A stretch of 64,000 nt of DNA from a virus, in the IMG/VR virus record IMGVR_UViG_3300034200_001185, positions 32,001 through 96,000 of that record. One strand, 5' to 3'. This document shows, piece by piece, positions 46,026 through 56,067 of the stretch (positions are counted from its first letter, which is position 1; the number at the start of each line of letters is the position of its first letter). A program made the translations under genes and the position numbers. Below the pieces are notes generated by a model. That model saw only the letters and a program-made list of their open reading frames with translations. It searched no databases and had not been told where the DNA came from.

Positions 46026-47335
46026 TAAACTTTATAACACCTTCGGTACTTTCACCAAAAAACATAAGAACGCTAGCGATAGATTCTTCTAAATTATCAT
46101 CGGATGTAAGTAATGGATTTGTACGTAGACCTATAAACGGTATATCTATTAAACCAGATACATACGCATGTATTTTGTATAACGGCGCTATAAACACCAG
46201 CTCGCCTATTAAAAAGGATAAGTACGATCACAACTTACTTGTACAACAATTTAGTTTAAGCCGTACTGAGAAGAGTCAAGTAATCGAAACATTTGATGGG
46301 CATTACGTTTATTTCTTTGGCGAGAGAGCACCAAATGCATCCGTAAGTGCGTTACTACTCGATACCGAAACATTCGAATGGTTTCAGCAATTCGATATGA
46401 ACTACGAAAAGGTTTACCGAGGTACTCAAAACGCAACACGTAAAGCGCCAATCTCGATTGTTATTGATGGCTTACAACTCGTTGGATATATTACTAACGT
46501 AAGTTACTCTCAAAGTGCTACGCAAGATCCATACATGGTAAACATGAACTTTAATATGATCGTAGAAAAAATAGTACACTTGTCGGATATAACTGCGGTC
46601 AAGGTAAATAAAGTAGATTCGGATAAAGAATCCGTGCTGAGAAAACTATCTAGCCAAAATCAGCTATCAAACGTTTTATCAAATAAATTTAAAAGCGTAG
46701 CAGATGAGATAGCATTCCTAGCAAACGCAGGACAGTTAAAGAGTAGCGACCCTGTTCAGACCAAGTTACAAGAAATCGTCAATGATTATAGAAATAAAAA
46801 TCCCGCACCTACATCTTACTTCGAAGCGTATCCAAACGAGTACTTGTCAGGCAAGTTTGGAAATTTAACAAACGCATCTGACTTTGATGTAATTATAGAA
46901 TACGCAGATAATATTACCGCAGCGAAGGATTTAGATTTCCTATCAAAAATTGTAAGCACGAATAGAGTAGCGGAGCTTACCGAAGAGTATAAGATGCAAG
47001 CCAACTTGGTAAACCAACAATCAGAAAACGTTGGTTTGTATATTGACTCCGTAATACAAGATCAAACCGCAGTAGACATTATAGGAGATTTATTTGGTAG
47101 CGGTGTAACTGCTGACTCATTACTACGATCAAAACAATCTGCAAGCATGGCAGCGTCTCTTTCGTTATACGGCCTACAAACACTTACATCAAACTTAAGC
47201 GAAGCAGTCGACTTCCTTGACAATACGCTTACTAGTGTTAGAGTATACGCGCTTGGAACCGTTGAAGGGATATTTGGACCGGATCGCGAAGTACAAGAGG
47301 ATCAGATAAATACAAATCTCGGAGAGTTTATATGA
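46004..47335 (+). CDS. putative tail tube initiator/baseplate protein
   Basis: Position after tape measure; QVIETFDGHYVYFFGE..GYITNVSYSQ..MNF beta-rich pattern. Confidence 0.55.
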   Translation: MYKGYDMINFITPSVLSPKNIRTLAIDSSKLSSDVSNGFVRRPINGISIKPDTYACILYNGAINTSSPIKKDKYDHNLLVQQFSLSRTEKSQVIETFDGHYVYFFGERAPNASVSALLLDTETFEWFQQFDMNYEKVYRGTQNATRKAPISIVIDGLQLVGYITNVSYSQSATQDPYMVNMNFNMIVEKIVHLSDITAVKVNKVDSDKESVLRKLSSQNQLSNVLSNKFKSVADEIAFLANAGQLKSSDPVQTKLQEIVNDYRNKNPAPTSYFEAYPNEYLSGKFGNLTNASDFDVIIEYADNITAAKDLDFLSKIVSTNRVAELTEEYKMQANLVNQQSENVGLYIDSVIQDQTAVDIIGDLFGSGVTADSLLRSKQSASMAASLSLYGLQTLTSNLSEAVDFLDNTLTSVRVYALGTVEGIFGPDREVQEDQINTNLGEFI

Positions 47336-49722
47336 GTACGTCCTTTTTAAGAATACGATGTTTTTTAGAAGGATACGAGATACCGATCATAAGCGCATCA
47401 GTGACTGCGTCTATGAACGACATTGCAAGAGCATCCGTAGAATTAATTGCTACGCCACAAGCATTACTCATTCGTCCTAAGACATCTATTCTTATATTCT
47501 TTCTAGAAGAAGCGGTAAGACCGCCAAATAGCTCTACGTCTGAAGTCAATAATAAGTATTATAAGTTATTCTTTTCTGGCGAGGTGCACGGTATATCGAT
47601 TAATAAATCAGCCGAAGGAAGAGTGCTTACGCTAACGTGCACAGACCATTTCGAGAATTTATCGAGAGCATATACTTACTACACCGAACAGCAAGCTAGC
47701 GTATCCAATCTGATTAATACCAAAGCGTACTTTGCAGCTGCCATGATTATCCAAAATAGTATTAATCAAGCAAACTTTACGCTACTAGAAGAAGTATTCA
47801 AAGATCCGAAACCTAAGTCGATTGGGTTTACAGACGCAAAAGGAATACTTGCTGCTATGATACGCATGATTGAATTGTACACCGGTATTATAGAACAGGG
47901 TACGACAGGTGCTAATGCGTTTTTCACACACCAACAAAACCGACTTAAAATACTCGAACAGATTACAATAGCGTCAGAAGATTTAGCGCCTCTCAAGATA
48001 TTTAAAGCAGACGTATTAGCCAACTTTGTAGGAAATACATACGGAAGACTTGGCGGACTTGTTAAAGTAATCGACGTCATTCAGATGATACTTTCGATCA
48101 TAGGATACGTTAGATGTCCGAATCCATTAGCAACTACTTTAACAGGAGGTGTTGAGAAAGAGATAAGCTTAACTCAAAAAGCAATAGATGCTAGAACATC
48201 ATTTGCAGATGGTTACAGGAATAATCAAACGGTTAACGAATCTTTAAGCTCGTATTTTGGAACACCTGAAATTGCTCGAAAGATATCAAACGCAATTGAT
48301 TCAGCAGACGCATTACGTATTCTGAAGGAAAATAACGTAATAAATTCTAAAGCGTACAACTATCTATCTACTACCGTAAAAGAAAGCGATCAGTTAGAAT
48401 TTCAAGTATCAATAGACGACGTTAGATCGGTTGCGACTGAGCTTTTAAATGCAAACGAATCTGATCCAAATAGGCTACCGACAGACGACTCTGGTATAAA
48501 CGCAGTGTTTTCAACAATGAGTAATGTTTCTTCTACTGCAACACGTATTACATCAAGTAAATTAAATAGTACGTTAATGATGCCAGACTTCTTATACGCA
48601 GATCCGCCTAAGTGTAATATACTATTTCCTTGTATGTACAACATGCTTAGCTTTAATCGACAAGCAGCTGACGAAACATCAAGACTACAAATGGTTACGA
48701 ATCTACAAGAGTTAGCACCGAATGCTGCAGGCGTGGACGAGCTTACTTACTTTTCTCCGTCCTTTCCATTTTTAAACGGATTACAAGGTAAAAAGCTATC
48801 GGAGAATTTATCGGTAGATGAACTTGTGAATCAACAATCGGATAACGGTAAATCGAGAGTAGGTTTAATCATGGACCACGAAATGTTTACAGGTGTTGTG
48901 CCTGAGTTTGCAAGCATGTCAAGACTCGCTATGCTAATCGATAATGGTAAAAATTACTCAGGGGAAACAACCGAAGAGGGACTTAATGGTAAGGATGATT
49001 ACTTTACTCGTTACGCGGACGCTATGTTTATACAACGTAGATTATCGCAACGTAGTATAAGTGCGTCCGGCCCATTTAATCCGTATCCAGTAGTTGGGTT
49101 TCCAATGTTAGTAATCGATCAAACAAGTCAAGGAGCAGAAACTGAGCAGTTTATAGGCGTATTACAATCGATTACTCATAGCATATCCCAATCCGGTGGA
49201 TCTACATCTTACTCAGTGATATACGCAAGACCTGTTAGCCTTGCAGACGATGAGTTTTTTAAGTACATGGATAAAGATCTTCGTGAAGCTTTAAAACCGA
49301 AATGGTTAGAATCTATATACGATGTAGACAAGGTAGGAGATGTTTATTGGGAATTAATTGGTAGCGAATCTATGTTTGTTAGAGGTAAGGATCAAAACGC
49401 AGTTATTGCAGATTTACAAAAAGAGTATGATGCGTTAAGATCAGAACAACAACGTAACTCGTTTTATCTAAGAATGTGCCGAAGAGAGATATGCTCTATG
49501 CAGTTTGCAAAAGACGTATTTTTCCAAAAGCCTTTAAAAGAAGTCGATAGATTATCTACGATAACACAGGTATGCGTTGGCGGTGCGTCACAAAACTTAG
49601 CAAATCATACTGAAACTGTTTCGTACCCTAAAAACGAATTTGAAGAAAAAGTAGACAACCAGAGAGTAAAAGCCGTAATAGATTACGCAAACTCGCTACA
49701 GACAAGGAGCTTAGTAAAATGA
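47332..49722 (+). CDS. putative baseplate hub protein (gp27-like)
   Basis: LEGYEIPIISASV..FSGEVHGISI..LTCTD; GPFNPYPVVGFP..GVLQSITHSI. Confidence 0.6.
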   Translation: MSTSFLRIRCFLEGYEIPIISASVTASMNDIARASVELIATPQALLIRPKTSILIFFLEEAVRPPNSSTSEVNNKYYKLFFSGEVHGISINKSAEGRVLTLTCTDHFENLSRAYTYYTEQQASVSNLINTKAYFAAAMIIQNSINQANFTLLEEVFKDPKPKSIGFTDAKGILAAMIRMIELYTGIIEQGTTGANAFFTHQQNRLKILEQITIASEDLAPLKIFKADVLANFVGNTYGRLGGLVKVIDVIQMILSIIGYVRCPNPLATTLTGGVEKEISLTQKAIDARTSFADGYRNNQTVNESLSSYFGTPEIARKISNAIDSADALRILKENNVINSKAYNYLSTTVKESDQLEFQVSIDDVRSVATELLNANESDPNRLPTDDSGINAVFSTMSNVSSTATRITSSKLNSTLMMPDFLYADPPKCNILFPCMYNMLSFNRQAADETSRLQMVTNLQELAPNAAGVDELTYFSPSFPFLNGLQGKKLSENLSVDELVNQQSDNGKSRVGLIMDHEMFTGVVPEFASMSRLAMLIDNGKNYSGETTEEGLNGKDDYFTRYADAMFIQRRLSQRSISASGPFNPYPVVGFPMLVIDQTSQGAETEQFIGVLQSITHSISQSGGSTSYSVIYARPVSLADDEFFKYMDKDLREALKPKWLESIYDVDKVGDVYWELIGSESMFVRGKDQNAVIADLQKEYDALRSEQQRNSFYLRMCRREICSMQFAKDVFFQKPLKEVDRLSTITQVCVGGASQNLANHTETVSYPKNEFEEKVDNQRVKAVIDYANSLQTRSLVK

Positions 49723-50114
49723 ATCAACTCGAAAGACAAACTATGTGGTCAGCGTTTTCTGACGAATTTGAAAAACTTGCTACACCTACAGGAGCGCAAA
49801 GATTCGCAGTCGGATCTGGCTTAGGCGCACTAGTAGGTGGTACAGTTGGATATAAACGAGGTGAAGGCGAAACTGCAACAGACGCTATGAGACGTGGTAT
49901 GCTACGTGGTATGGCTGTTGGTGGTTTGGGTGCGTATGTTGGACCTAAGATTAAAAACTATCCTAAAGCTTACGCACATGGTATTAAGCACGTAGGTGAA
50001 AACGCTGGCGCATACAAAGCACTAGGCGGTGTTGCTGCAGGTGGTGTTGCCGCGTTAGCTGCTAAGAAAGCGATCGAGAATAAGGTTCGCCAAGACATTC
50101 AAGAAGGACATTAA
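49719..50114 (+). CDS. K-x-A tagged Gly-zipper protein within tail module
   Basis: WSAFSDEFEKLAT; three Gly-rich helices. Confidence 0.8.
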   Translation: MNQLERQTMWSAFSDEFEKLATPTGAQRFAVGSGLGALVGGTVGYKRGEGETATDAMRRGMLRGMAVGGLGAYVGPKIKNYPKAYAHGIKHVGENAGAYKALGGVAAGGVAALAAKKAIENKVRQDIQEGH

Positions 50115-50116
50115 CA

Positions 50117-50944
50117 ATGAATGAGTTAGAGAAGTTTCTACTTTCGGGAGTAGAGAAAAAAGCAAGCATGGATACGTTTGTATTAAATTCTCTAACTCCT
50201 ATGGTAGAAGGCGTTGAGCCTGTAGTATCAGACGCTGAGAAAAAGAACGAGCATGAACTCTGGAAGAAATGGAAAGAATCGAATTACAATCCGATGTACC
50301 TCCGTCCCTTACAAGACTCATTTAAAAATCTAATATTCTTTCACGTAAATAAGTGGAAATCCGTAAATATACCTACTCGCTTAATACAAGCGGAGGCTGA
50401 AAAGCAATTTATAGACGGACTTAAAACTTATAATCCAAATAAAGGTGCCGCGCTTGCTACACACTTGAACACCGTTTTAAGTAGAATGGCGAGATTTATT
50501 ATTGCGCACCAGAATATGGGTCGCGTGGTAGAAGGTCGTGCGGGCAAAGCGTTTAGTAATCTTAAGACGGCTAAGAATTTATTCATAGAAGAATTCGGTA
50601 GAGAGCCAAATGCGCAAGAGCTTGCTCAAAAGGTTTCGTTTGAATACAAGCTTGCATGTACGCCAAACGATGCTAAGGCTTTCCTAAAAGAAGATCGAAG
50701 AGACTTGTCAATTGGAGACGAAGAAGCTGATTTTACATTCGAGGCTCCAGCTAATCGTATGCTACTTATGATGTTGCCTGCGGAACTTACGCTAGAAGAA
50801 AATCAAGTATTCGAAAGATTATTTGGTATTAACGGATGTAAGAAACTTGAGAAGGGACAGATTGCGAAGCAATTACGTATACACCCGTCTAAAGTTAGTA
50901 GAATTATCGCAAGTATTCGTGAAAAGTTGGAGAAGTATCAATGA
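50117..50944 (+). CDS. phage RNA polymerase sigma70-family factor
   Basis: Region 2 YNPNKGAALATHL; region 3 GREPNAQELA; region 4 HTH LTLEENQVF..IAKQLRIHPSKVSRI. Confidence 0.85.
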   Translation: MNELEKFLLSGVEKKASMDTFVLNSLTPMVEGVEPVVSDAEKKNEHELWKKWKESNYNPMYLRPLQDSFKNLIFFHVNKWKSVNIPTRLIQAEAEKQFIDGLKTYNPNKGAALATHLNTVLSRMARFIIAHQNMGRVVEGRAGKAFSNLKTAKNLFIEEFGREPNAQELAQKVSFEYKLACTPNDAKAFLKEDRRDLSIGDEEADFTFEAPANRMLLMMLPAELTLEENQVFERLFGINGCKKLEKGQIAKQLRIHPSKVSRIIASIREKLEKYQ

Positions 50945-52374
50945 GCTGTAAGCCGATAATAAAACCAACATACGATCTTCCTAAAAAAGAAGCGTTAGAT
51001 CAGATTAAAGTAAACTTAGATTTAATCGTAAGTCAGTACAAAAGTAAGGCAAACGACTTTATTTCAAAATTTAAAAACTTGACTGGAATCGATTTAGCTC
51101 CGCAAATTGATATGACTTCGGTAAATAAGAATGATACTTCAGAAGCTAATGAAACAGCGTCTAAGGTGCAACCGAGCGTAGCTACAAATCCTAACACGAC
51201 TAAAACTACGCCATCTAAAACCGTTAAGGCTATTACGCCTAAGCGCGATGTTTCGCCTGGCGTTGCATCGGTAACAATAAAAGGTAAAACGGCGACAGGC
51301 GAGGCTAAGGAAGTAGAATTAAAATCCGCATCCGGCGTTAATAGCGCTTGGCGAGTTAACTTTATAGTAAACAAGCTGGGCGTAGAAAACGTGGATAAAA
51401 TCGGAACAACAAGTATTCCGGAATCTGAGTACGGATACAAAGTAAAATCCGATCAACCTTGGGGATATCATTGGAAAGATTGTAGACCGCCTGGATTACA
51501 TTTGTCTGCAAGAAGAGCAGCAGAATGGCAAGCGATAAAAGACCCTATTCGTAAATTTGGCGATAAAAATAAAAAGGATCAAGCGTGGACAATCGAAGAA
51601 GTATTACCAATCGATAGAGACCTATACTTTGACGCGGTTACAGCAACTACTTGGCAAAAGAGCGACGGAGATAGAGAAGAGTTTTTCGAGTGCTTGTATT
51701 TGATATATAAAGCGGAAACTTCAGAACGTTTTTCTATTCCGCAACAGAACTTCGATTTTAGACCTAAGGAAGGCGAGGTTGAAATACCGCTTTATAATCA
51801 CTTTGACGAAGGACCCTTTCCACGAAGAAAGGGTGATCTTGTAATTGATACGCCTTATCGACCCAAAGATAAGACTATAATATCTGTGTGGGGAGCGTAT
51901 CAATACACAGTAGATACTTGGCAAGATGACATGGAATACATGTATCCAGGACTAATCAGACAAAACCCATCTTGGGCTTACCCTTGGTTTGCTCCGATAA
52001 AGTATGAAAACGCTGCTAGACTATGGAAGGCTAAAGATATATGGGGCGAGATTAGATCGCTAGAATTACCGAATAGCCCATTTCATATGTCGCAGAAAGC
52101 CGCTGTTCTGTATATGTTTAATCATCGTCCGGTAATAAAAAACGCATTCATTACTAGGTATGTACAAATTCGTACTGAAAACGCTAACATAACTGATAGC
52201 ATGGAGTTGTTCTACATTACTTGGGAAGACAAGCAAGACGGAAAGACGTCATGGCTTACAAGTTCCACACTAGAAACAGGCAAGCTAGGATACAAAATAT
52301 CAAGTCCGCTATTCAACGCGGGTATAGCAATCAAAGGTTTACCACCACAATTTATACACAAGCAGGTTACATAA
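50941..52374 (+). CDS. hypothetical protein, possible lysozyme-like domain
   Basis: KAETS..WGAYQYTVDTW. Confidence 0.55.
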   Translation: MSCKPIIKPTYDLPKKEALDQIKVNLDLIVSQYKSKANDFISKFKNLTGIDLAPQIDMTSVNKNDTSEANETASKVQPSVATNPNTTKTTPSKTVKAITPKRDVSPGVASVTIKGKTATGEAKEVELKSASGVNSAWRVNFIVNKLGVENVDKIGTTSIPESEYGYKVKSDQPWGYHWKDCRPPGLHLSARRAAEWQAIKDPIRKFGDKNKKDQAWTIEEVLPIDRDLYFDAVTATTWQKSDGDREEFFECLYLIYKAETSERFSIPQQNFDFRPKEGEVEIPLYNHFDEGPFPRRKGDLVIDTPYRPKDKTIISVWGAYQYTVDTWQDDMEYMYPGLIRQNPSWAYPWFAPIKYENAARLWKAKDIWGEIRSLELPNSPFHMSQKAAVLYMFNHRPVIKNAFITRYVQIRTENANITDSMELFYITWEDKQDGKTSWLTSSTLETGKLGYKISSPLFNAGIAIKGLPPQFIHKQVT

Positions 52375-52676
52375 TGAGCGAGATTACACGAGAAGAATTT
52401 AAGACTACTAACTTATTGTTAGCGTCATTACTAGAAGCGTCCGGTGCCACAATCATTGCGATTGATATCGGAAAAAAGTTTAGTACAATTACACTAGAAG
52501 TACCTAGTTATTGTCGCGATTCACTATCATCCAAAATCGAAAGACTTGGAAGAGTTGTCGGCAGACAAGAAAGTACAGACGAGTGGAAAGACTTGTTTTC
52601 AAACACCGTGCTAGGTGATATGGAAGATAAGTACGTAAGGCTAAAGCGTAAAATTACTCGGAGCAAAGAAAAATGA
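52374..52676 (+). CDS. hypothetical protein
   Basis: Start MSEITRE coupled to previous stop. Confidence 0.65.
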   Translation: MSEITREEFKTTNLLLASLLEASGATIIAIDIGKKFSTITLEVPSYCRDSLSSKIERLGRVVGRQESTDEWKDLFSNTVLGDMEDKYVRLKRKITRSKEK

Positions 52677-53152
52677 CGAATGAAGAGATATTGAATCTAA
52701 TAGACGCAGAAGGCGAAGACAAGTTTGTCGCAGCAATGCAAGCGCTTGGGTACTATGTACAGAAGAAGCAATCTGATCCTATCGTAGATTCGTCTCTTTT
52801 AGTTACAGGAACTATTCGAATACTAGACGCTAGAGGTCATGCGCAAGTAGGTATATCCGTAATCGTTGAAACCTTACAACAAAGGCTAAAAATTACAAAC
52901 ACGAATGACGTTGATTACTATATCGGCGTATCTCGATCTACAAAAGCAATATCTATTACTCCAAACGGAGTTTGTAATGTTAAGCTTATTAAAGGATCAC
53001 GAGTTAGAGTGTTTGTAGAAAACAGCGATATCACACGAGAATTTATCGTACCTACATCAGACTTTGACATATTATCCGTACAAAGCGTTGCACCAGATAT
53101 ATACACAAACGTAATTCCCGCTTACCAATATCCAATTAGGAGCGATGTATGA
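52673..53152 (+). CDS. putative structural protein (beta-rich)
   Basis: Operonic; beta-strand composition. Confidence 0.65.
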   Translation: MTNEEILNLIDAEGEDKFVAAMQALGYYVQKKQSDPIVDSSLLVTGTIRILDARGHAQVGISVIVETLQQRLKITNTNDVDYYIGVSRSTKAISITPNGVCNVKLIKGSRVRVFVENSDITREFIVPTSDFDILSVQSVAPDIYTNVIPAYQYPIRSDV

Positions 53153-54030
53153 CACCGATTACCTTGCAGCTTAGAGACGAGAATGACGCAATTGTAAATG
53201 GTACAGTAAGTATATACGATCAAGTTATGAATAGAGTCGTTCAAGAGCTAACATCTTCTGGGCAAATTACAAACGTAGAACTACCGGAAGGTAATTACTT
53301 TATTCGTGTCTACTCTACCGAAGCAACGTTTAATCCTACTACAGTTATTGTAAACGGATTATCGGACGTCATTACTTATAAAATGATTGGGGCGTCAAAC
53401 GAAGTAGATATTCCTTCAGACGCTACTATGTGCAAGGTATATGGAAGAATAATCGGATTAAACAATAAACCGGTTGTAGGTGCAGTTATTTCTATATCGA
53501 ATGAAAGCGGATATGTAAATTCAGACGATGATATACAATACCTATACGGATCTGCAATTACAGACGCAAATGGTAGAGTCGAGATGACTTTGAAGAGAAA
53601 TGCGTCTTATATACTTACAGGTATTCCGCAGTATAATATCATAGAAGATGATCTACCTAGTAGCATATACGTAACAATACCGGATCAACCGATATGTAAG
53701 TTAATTGACATTATTGCACCAATACCTTCGTTAATTACACCTACGTATTTAGAGGTAGCATCCGGATCACTTTCGATAAATCCGGAAATTACACTAACAA
53801 ACGGTACTAAGATCTTGAAAAATTTTGCAAATTATATACAAATAAATTCCGACACAATTACCGCTAAGGTTGGTATCTCAGCGATCACCATAGACGATTT
53901 ACCCGTCGGAACACACGAGTTATACTTTTATGCAAAAACCTTTCAACCGAAGAAAATCGACGCGTCGGGTATCGTCAAGAGATCTGGACTACCTAAGCTT
54001 GTCGGGCAATGCACCATCATCGCATACTAA
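53149..54030 (+). CDS. putative structural protein with carboxypeptidase-regulatory/Ig-like repeats
   Basis: VYGRIIGLNNKPVVGAVISI..TDANGRVEMTL. Confidence 0.65.
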   Translation: MTPITLQLRDENDAIVNGTVSIYDQVMNRVVQELTSSGQITNVELPEGNYFIRVYSTEATFNPTTVIVNGLSDVITYKMIGASNEVDIPSDATMCKVYGRIIGLNNKPVVGAVISISNESGYVNSDDDIQYLYGSAITDANGRVEMTLKRNASYILTGIPQYNIIEDDLPSSIYVTIPDQPICKLIDIIAPIPSLITPTYLEVASGSLSINPEITLTNGTKILKNFANYIQINSDTITAKVGISAITIDDLPVGTHELYFYAKTFQPKKIDASGIVKRSGLPKLVGQCTIIAY

Positions 54031-54427
54031 ATTTAAATTGCCGGAAGAGTACACGAAATTAGTATTGTCCGTACTCCAACGTATGATCGATGATTTAGAG
54101 TGTTATTTAACGAACACAGAAGTGCCAGAGTATCGTAGAAATGGTACCGCAGCATTTAATTGGATATTTCAACAAAAGCAAAACGATAAACAAGTCCTAT
54201 CCGTGTTTTCTATTTGTTATATGATAGGATGTGACGTATCTGATGTGCGTCAGTTAGTACTAAAGAGGCAAGATAAAAATGATAAACTACGAGCAAGAGT
54301 TGTATGTTCCGAAGGTGAACAGTTTTCAATCGTTAAAATCAAATGTGATTCGGACTTTGTGCATGCACCCGAATCTAATTTACGGAATGACGGTGTTGAA
54401 CTCGAAGAAGATTCTATCGTTGATTAA
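53930..54427 (+). CDS. hypothetical protein
   Basis: Bridges two larger ORFs; start uncertain. Confidence 0.5.
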   Translation: MQKPFNRRKSTRRVSSRDLDYLSLSGNAPSSHTKFKLPEEYTKLVLSVLQRMIDDLECYLTNTEVPEYRRNGTAAFNWIFQQKQNDKQVLSVFSICYMIGCDVSDVRQLVLKRQDKNDKLRARVVCSEGEQFSIVKIKCDSDFVHAPESNLRNDGVELEEDSIVD

Positions 54428-55868
54428 TCAGTTTGAATCCTCATACGTTGTACCTACTTTAGAAAATCAATCTGAATGGGTAGCGCTAGTAGAAGTATTT
54501 TGGAACGACATTACTACTTTAATATCAGCGTTAATTGACGTACAAAACTCGTCTCAAACATTACTCAGCTCAAACGATGCTAAATACCTAAGATCCCTCG
54601 ATACATCTCTAAATATTCCGTCAAGACTTGCGTTATTGGACGGAACAGAGCAAGTATCTATACAAGCAAGTCACAACGGAAAGTTTATTATAGAACTCGT
54701 TTCTGCACCATATAGACTACATAATATGCACATAACCGTAAACAATACGTATATAGACTTACAAAGTATTGCAAAATTAGTATCTACACGCCTTCCAGAT
54801 GAGAGCGAAATCACACAACCGCTTTATATCGAATTACTTGCAGACGAGTTAGTAACTACAATCGAAATACAAAATCCGCTTCAGCCATACGTATATACTA
54901 CACTGAGCAATGATCGAATATTTTATTTAGTTGTGAAGGAATCGAGTATTGAACTTAGGCTTACAAGAAACGATCAATACCACGCATTTAAAGTAAAGCC
55001 GAATGCCACATCGATTAAATTTGGATTTACAGGACAGTACACTCCACAAGGATCGCCAATCTATACATCTGCAAGTGAGCTTGCGTCAATATTAGGCGGA
55101 AGCGTTAGTAGAACTACAAATCTAACAAGCGTTAGTATTGTTGACGGCGTATGCGATACATCAATAAGTAGGTGCACAGCGTTCTTACTTGATAGAAATA
55201 ATGAGCAAATTATAATAGACGGAAACAGAGCGTATCACTACGCTAGTACAAGCCTAAATTATAGCGGTAATGTTCGATTGGTACACGAAAAGGTTATTCT
55301 AAATTCAGAAAGCGGAATGATATACTCAATACCAAACGACTTACTTAGCAGCGATAAGTCGGATAACATCAAAACAGACTTATCATCCGTAATCAGCACA
55401 GGCGATTTAATTATTGATATAGATCAAACAGTTGCAGAAGTATTATCAAACAACACATCGATTATTCTAGATAAAAAGATTCGCCCTAGTACATGCGTTA
55501 TTCGTTTAGGCTCGTTTGATTGTTGGAAAAGAATAGTGGACGGTATTGTAATTCCACAAATCGAGTTTCCACGTCATACTGATTCAACGACTCTTAACAA
55601 TCTTCGCTATACAGCAAGCGTTATCAAATCTTTCTTAGCGAATATTAAAACGAGAATTACGAATAATCAGCTTTCGAGAAGATCCTTAATGTCAATTCTA
55701 AATCCGTTAAATGATTTACAAAGACAACACTTAGCATTTAGAGCGAATAGAGCTGCGGATATATTATTTAGCGGAGACATACAATCGTATGTTGAACTTA
55801 ATGATACAAATTATAATTATGAGATCATGCTTAAATCCGTAATCGACGAAACAAAAGCGAGGTTATAA
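54279..55868 (+). CDS. putative baseplate/tail structural protein
   Basis: Long ORF in the tail operon; start uncertain. Confidence 0.65.
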   Translation: MINYEQELYVPKVNSFQSLKSNVIRTLCMHPNLIYGMTVLNSKKILSLINQFESSYVVPTLENQSEWVALVEVFWNDITTLISALIDVQNSSQTLLSSNDAKYLRSLDTSLNIPSRLALLDGTEQVSIQASHNGKFIIELVSAPYRLHNMHITVNNTYIDLQSIAKLVSTRLPDESEITQPLYIELLADELVTTIEIQNPLQPYVYTTLSNDRIFYLVVKESSIELRLTRNDQYHAFKVKPNATSIKFGFTGQYTPQGSPIYTSASELASILGGSVSRTTNLTSVSIVDGVCDTSISRCTAFLLDRNNEQIIIDGNRAYHYASTSLNYSGNVRLVHEKVILNSESGMIYSIPNDLLSSDKSDNIKTDLSSVISTGDLIIDIDQTVAEVLSNNTSIILDKKIRPSTCVIRLGSFDCWKRIVDGIVIPQIEFPRHTDSTTLNNLRYTASVIKSFLANIKTRITNNQLSRRSLMSILNPLNDLQRQHLAFRANRAADILFSGDIQSYVELNDTNYNYEIMLKSVIDETKARL

Positions 55869-56065
55869 TGAAAGACTATGAGCTAGCGAGTTTAGTTGCG
55901 TCACTTGATGACATTGTAGAGCAACTAGTAGCAGACACAGTTACGCCAAACATGAGCGAAACTTTAGATCGTTGGTCAAGCGAAGTGACAAATCGCTCGC
56001 AAAGAGTTATAACGGAACTTGAACAGATACAAGAAATAGTAAGACGAATTACGGAGACGAGGTAG
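55868..56065 (+). CDS. small helical protein
   Basis: Coupled ORF. Confidence 0.65.
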   Translation: MKDYELASLVASLDDIVEQLVADTVTPNMSETLDRWSSEVTNRSQRVITELEQIQEIVRRITETR

Positions 56066-56067
56066 TT

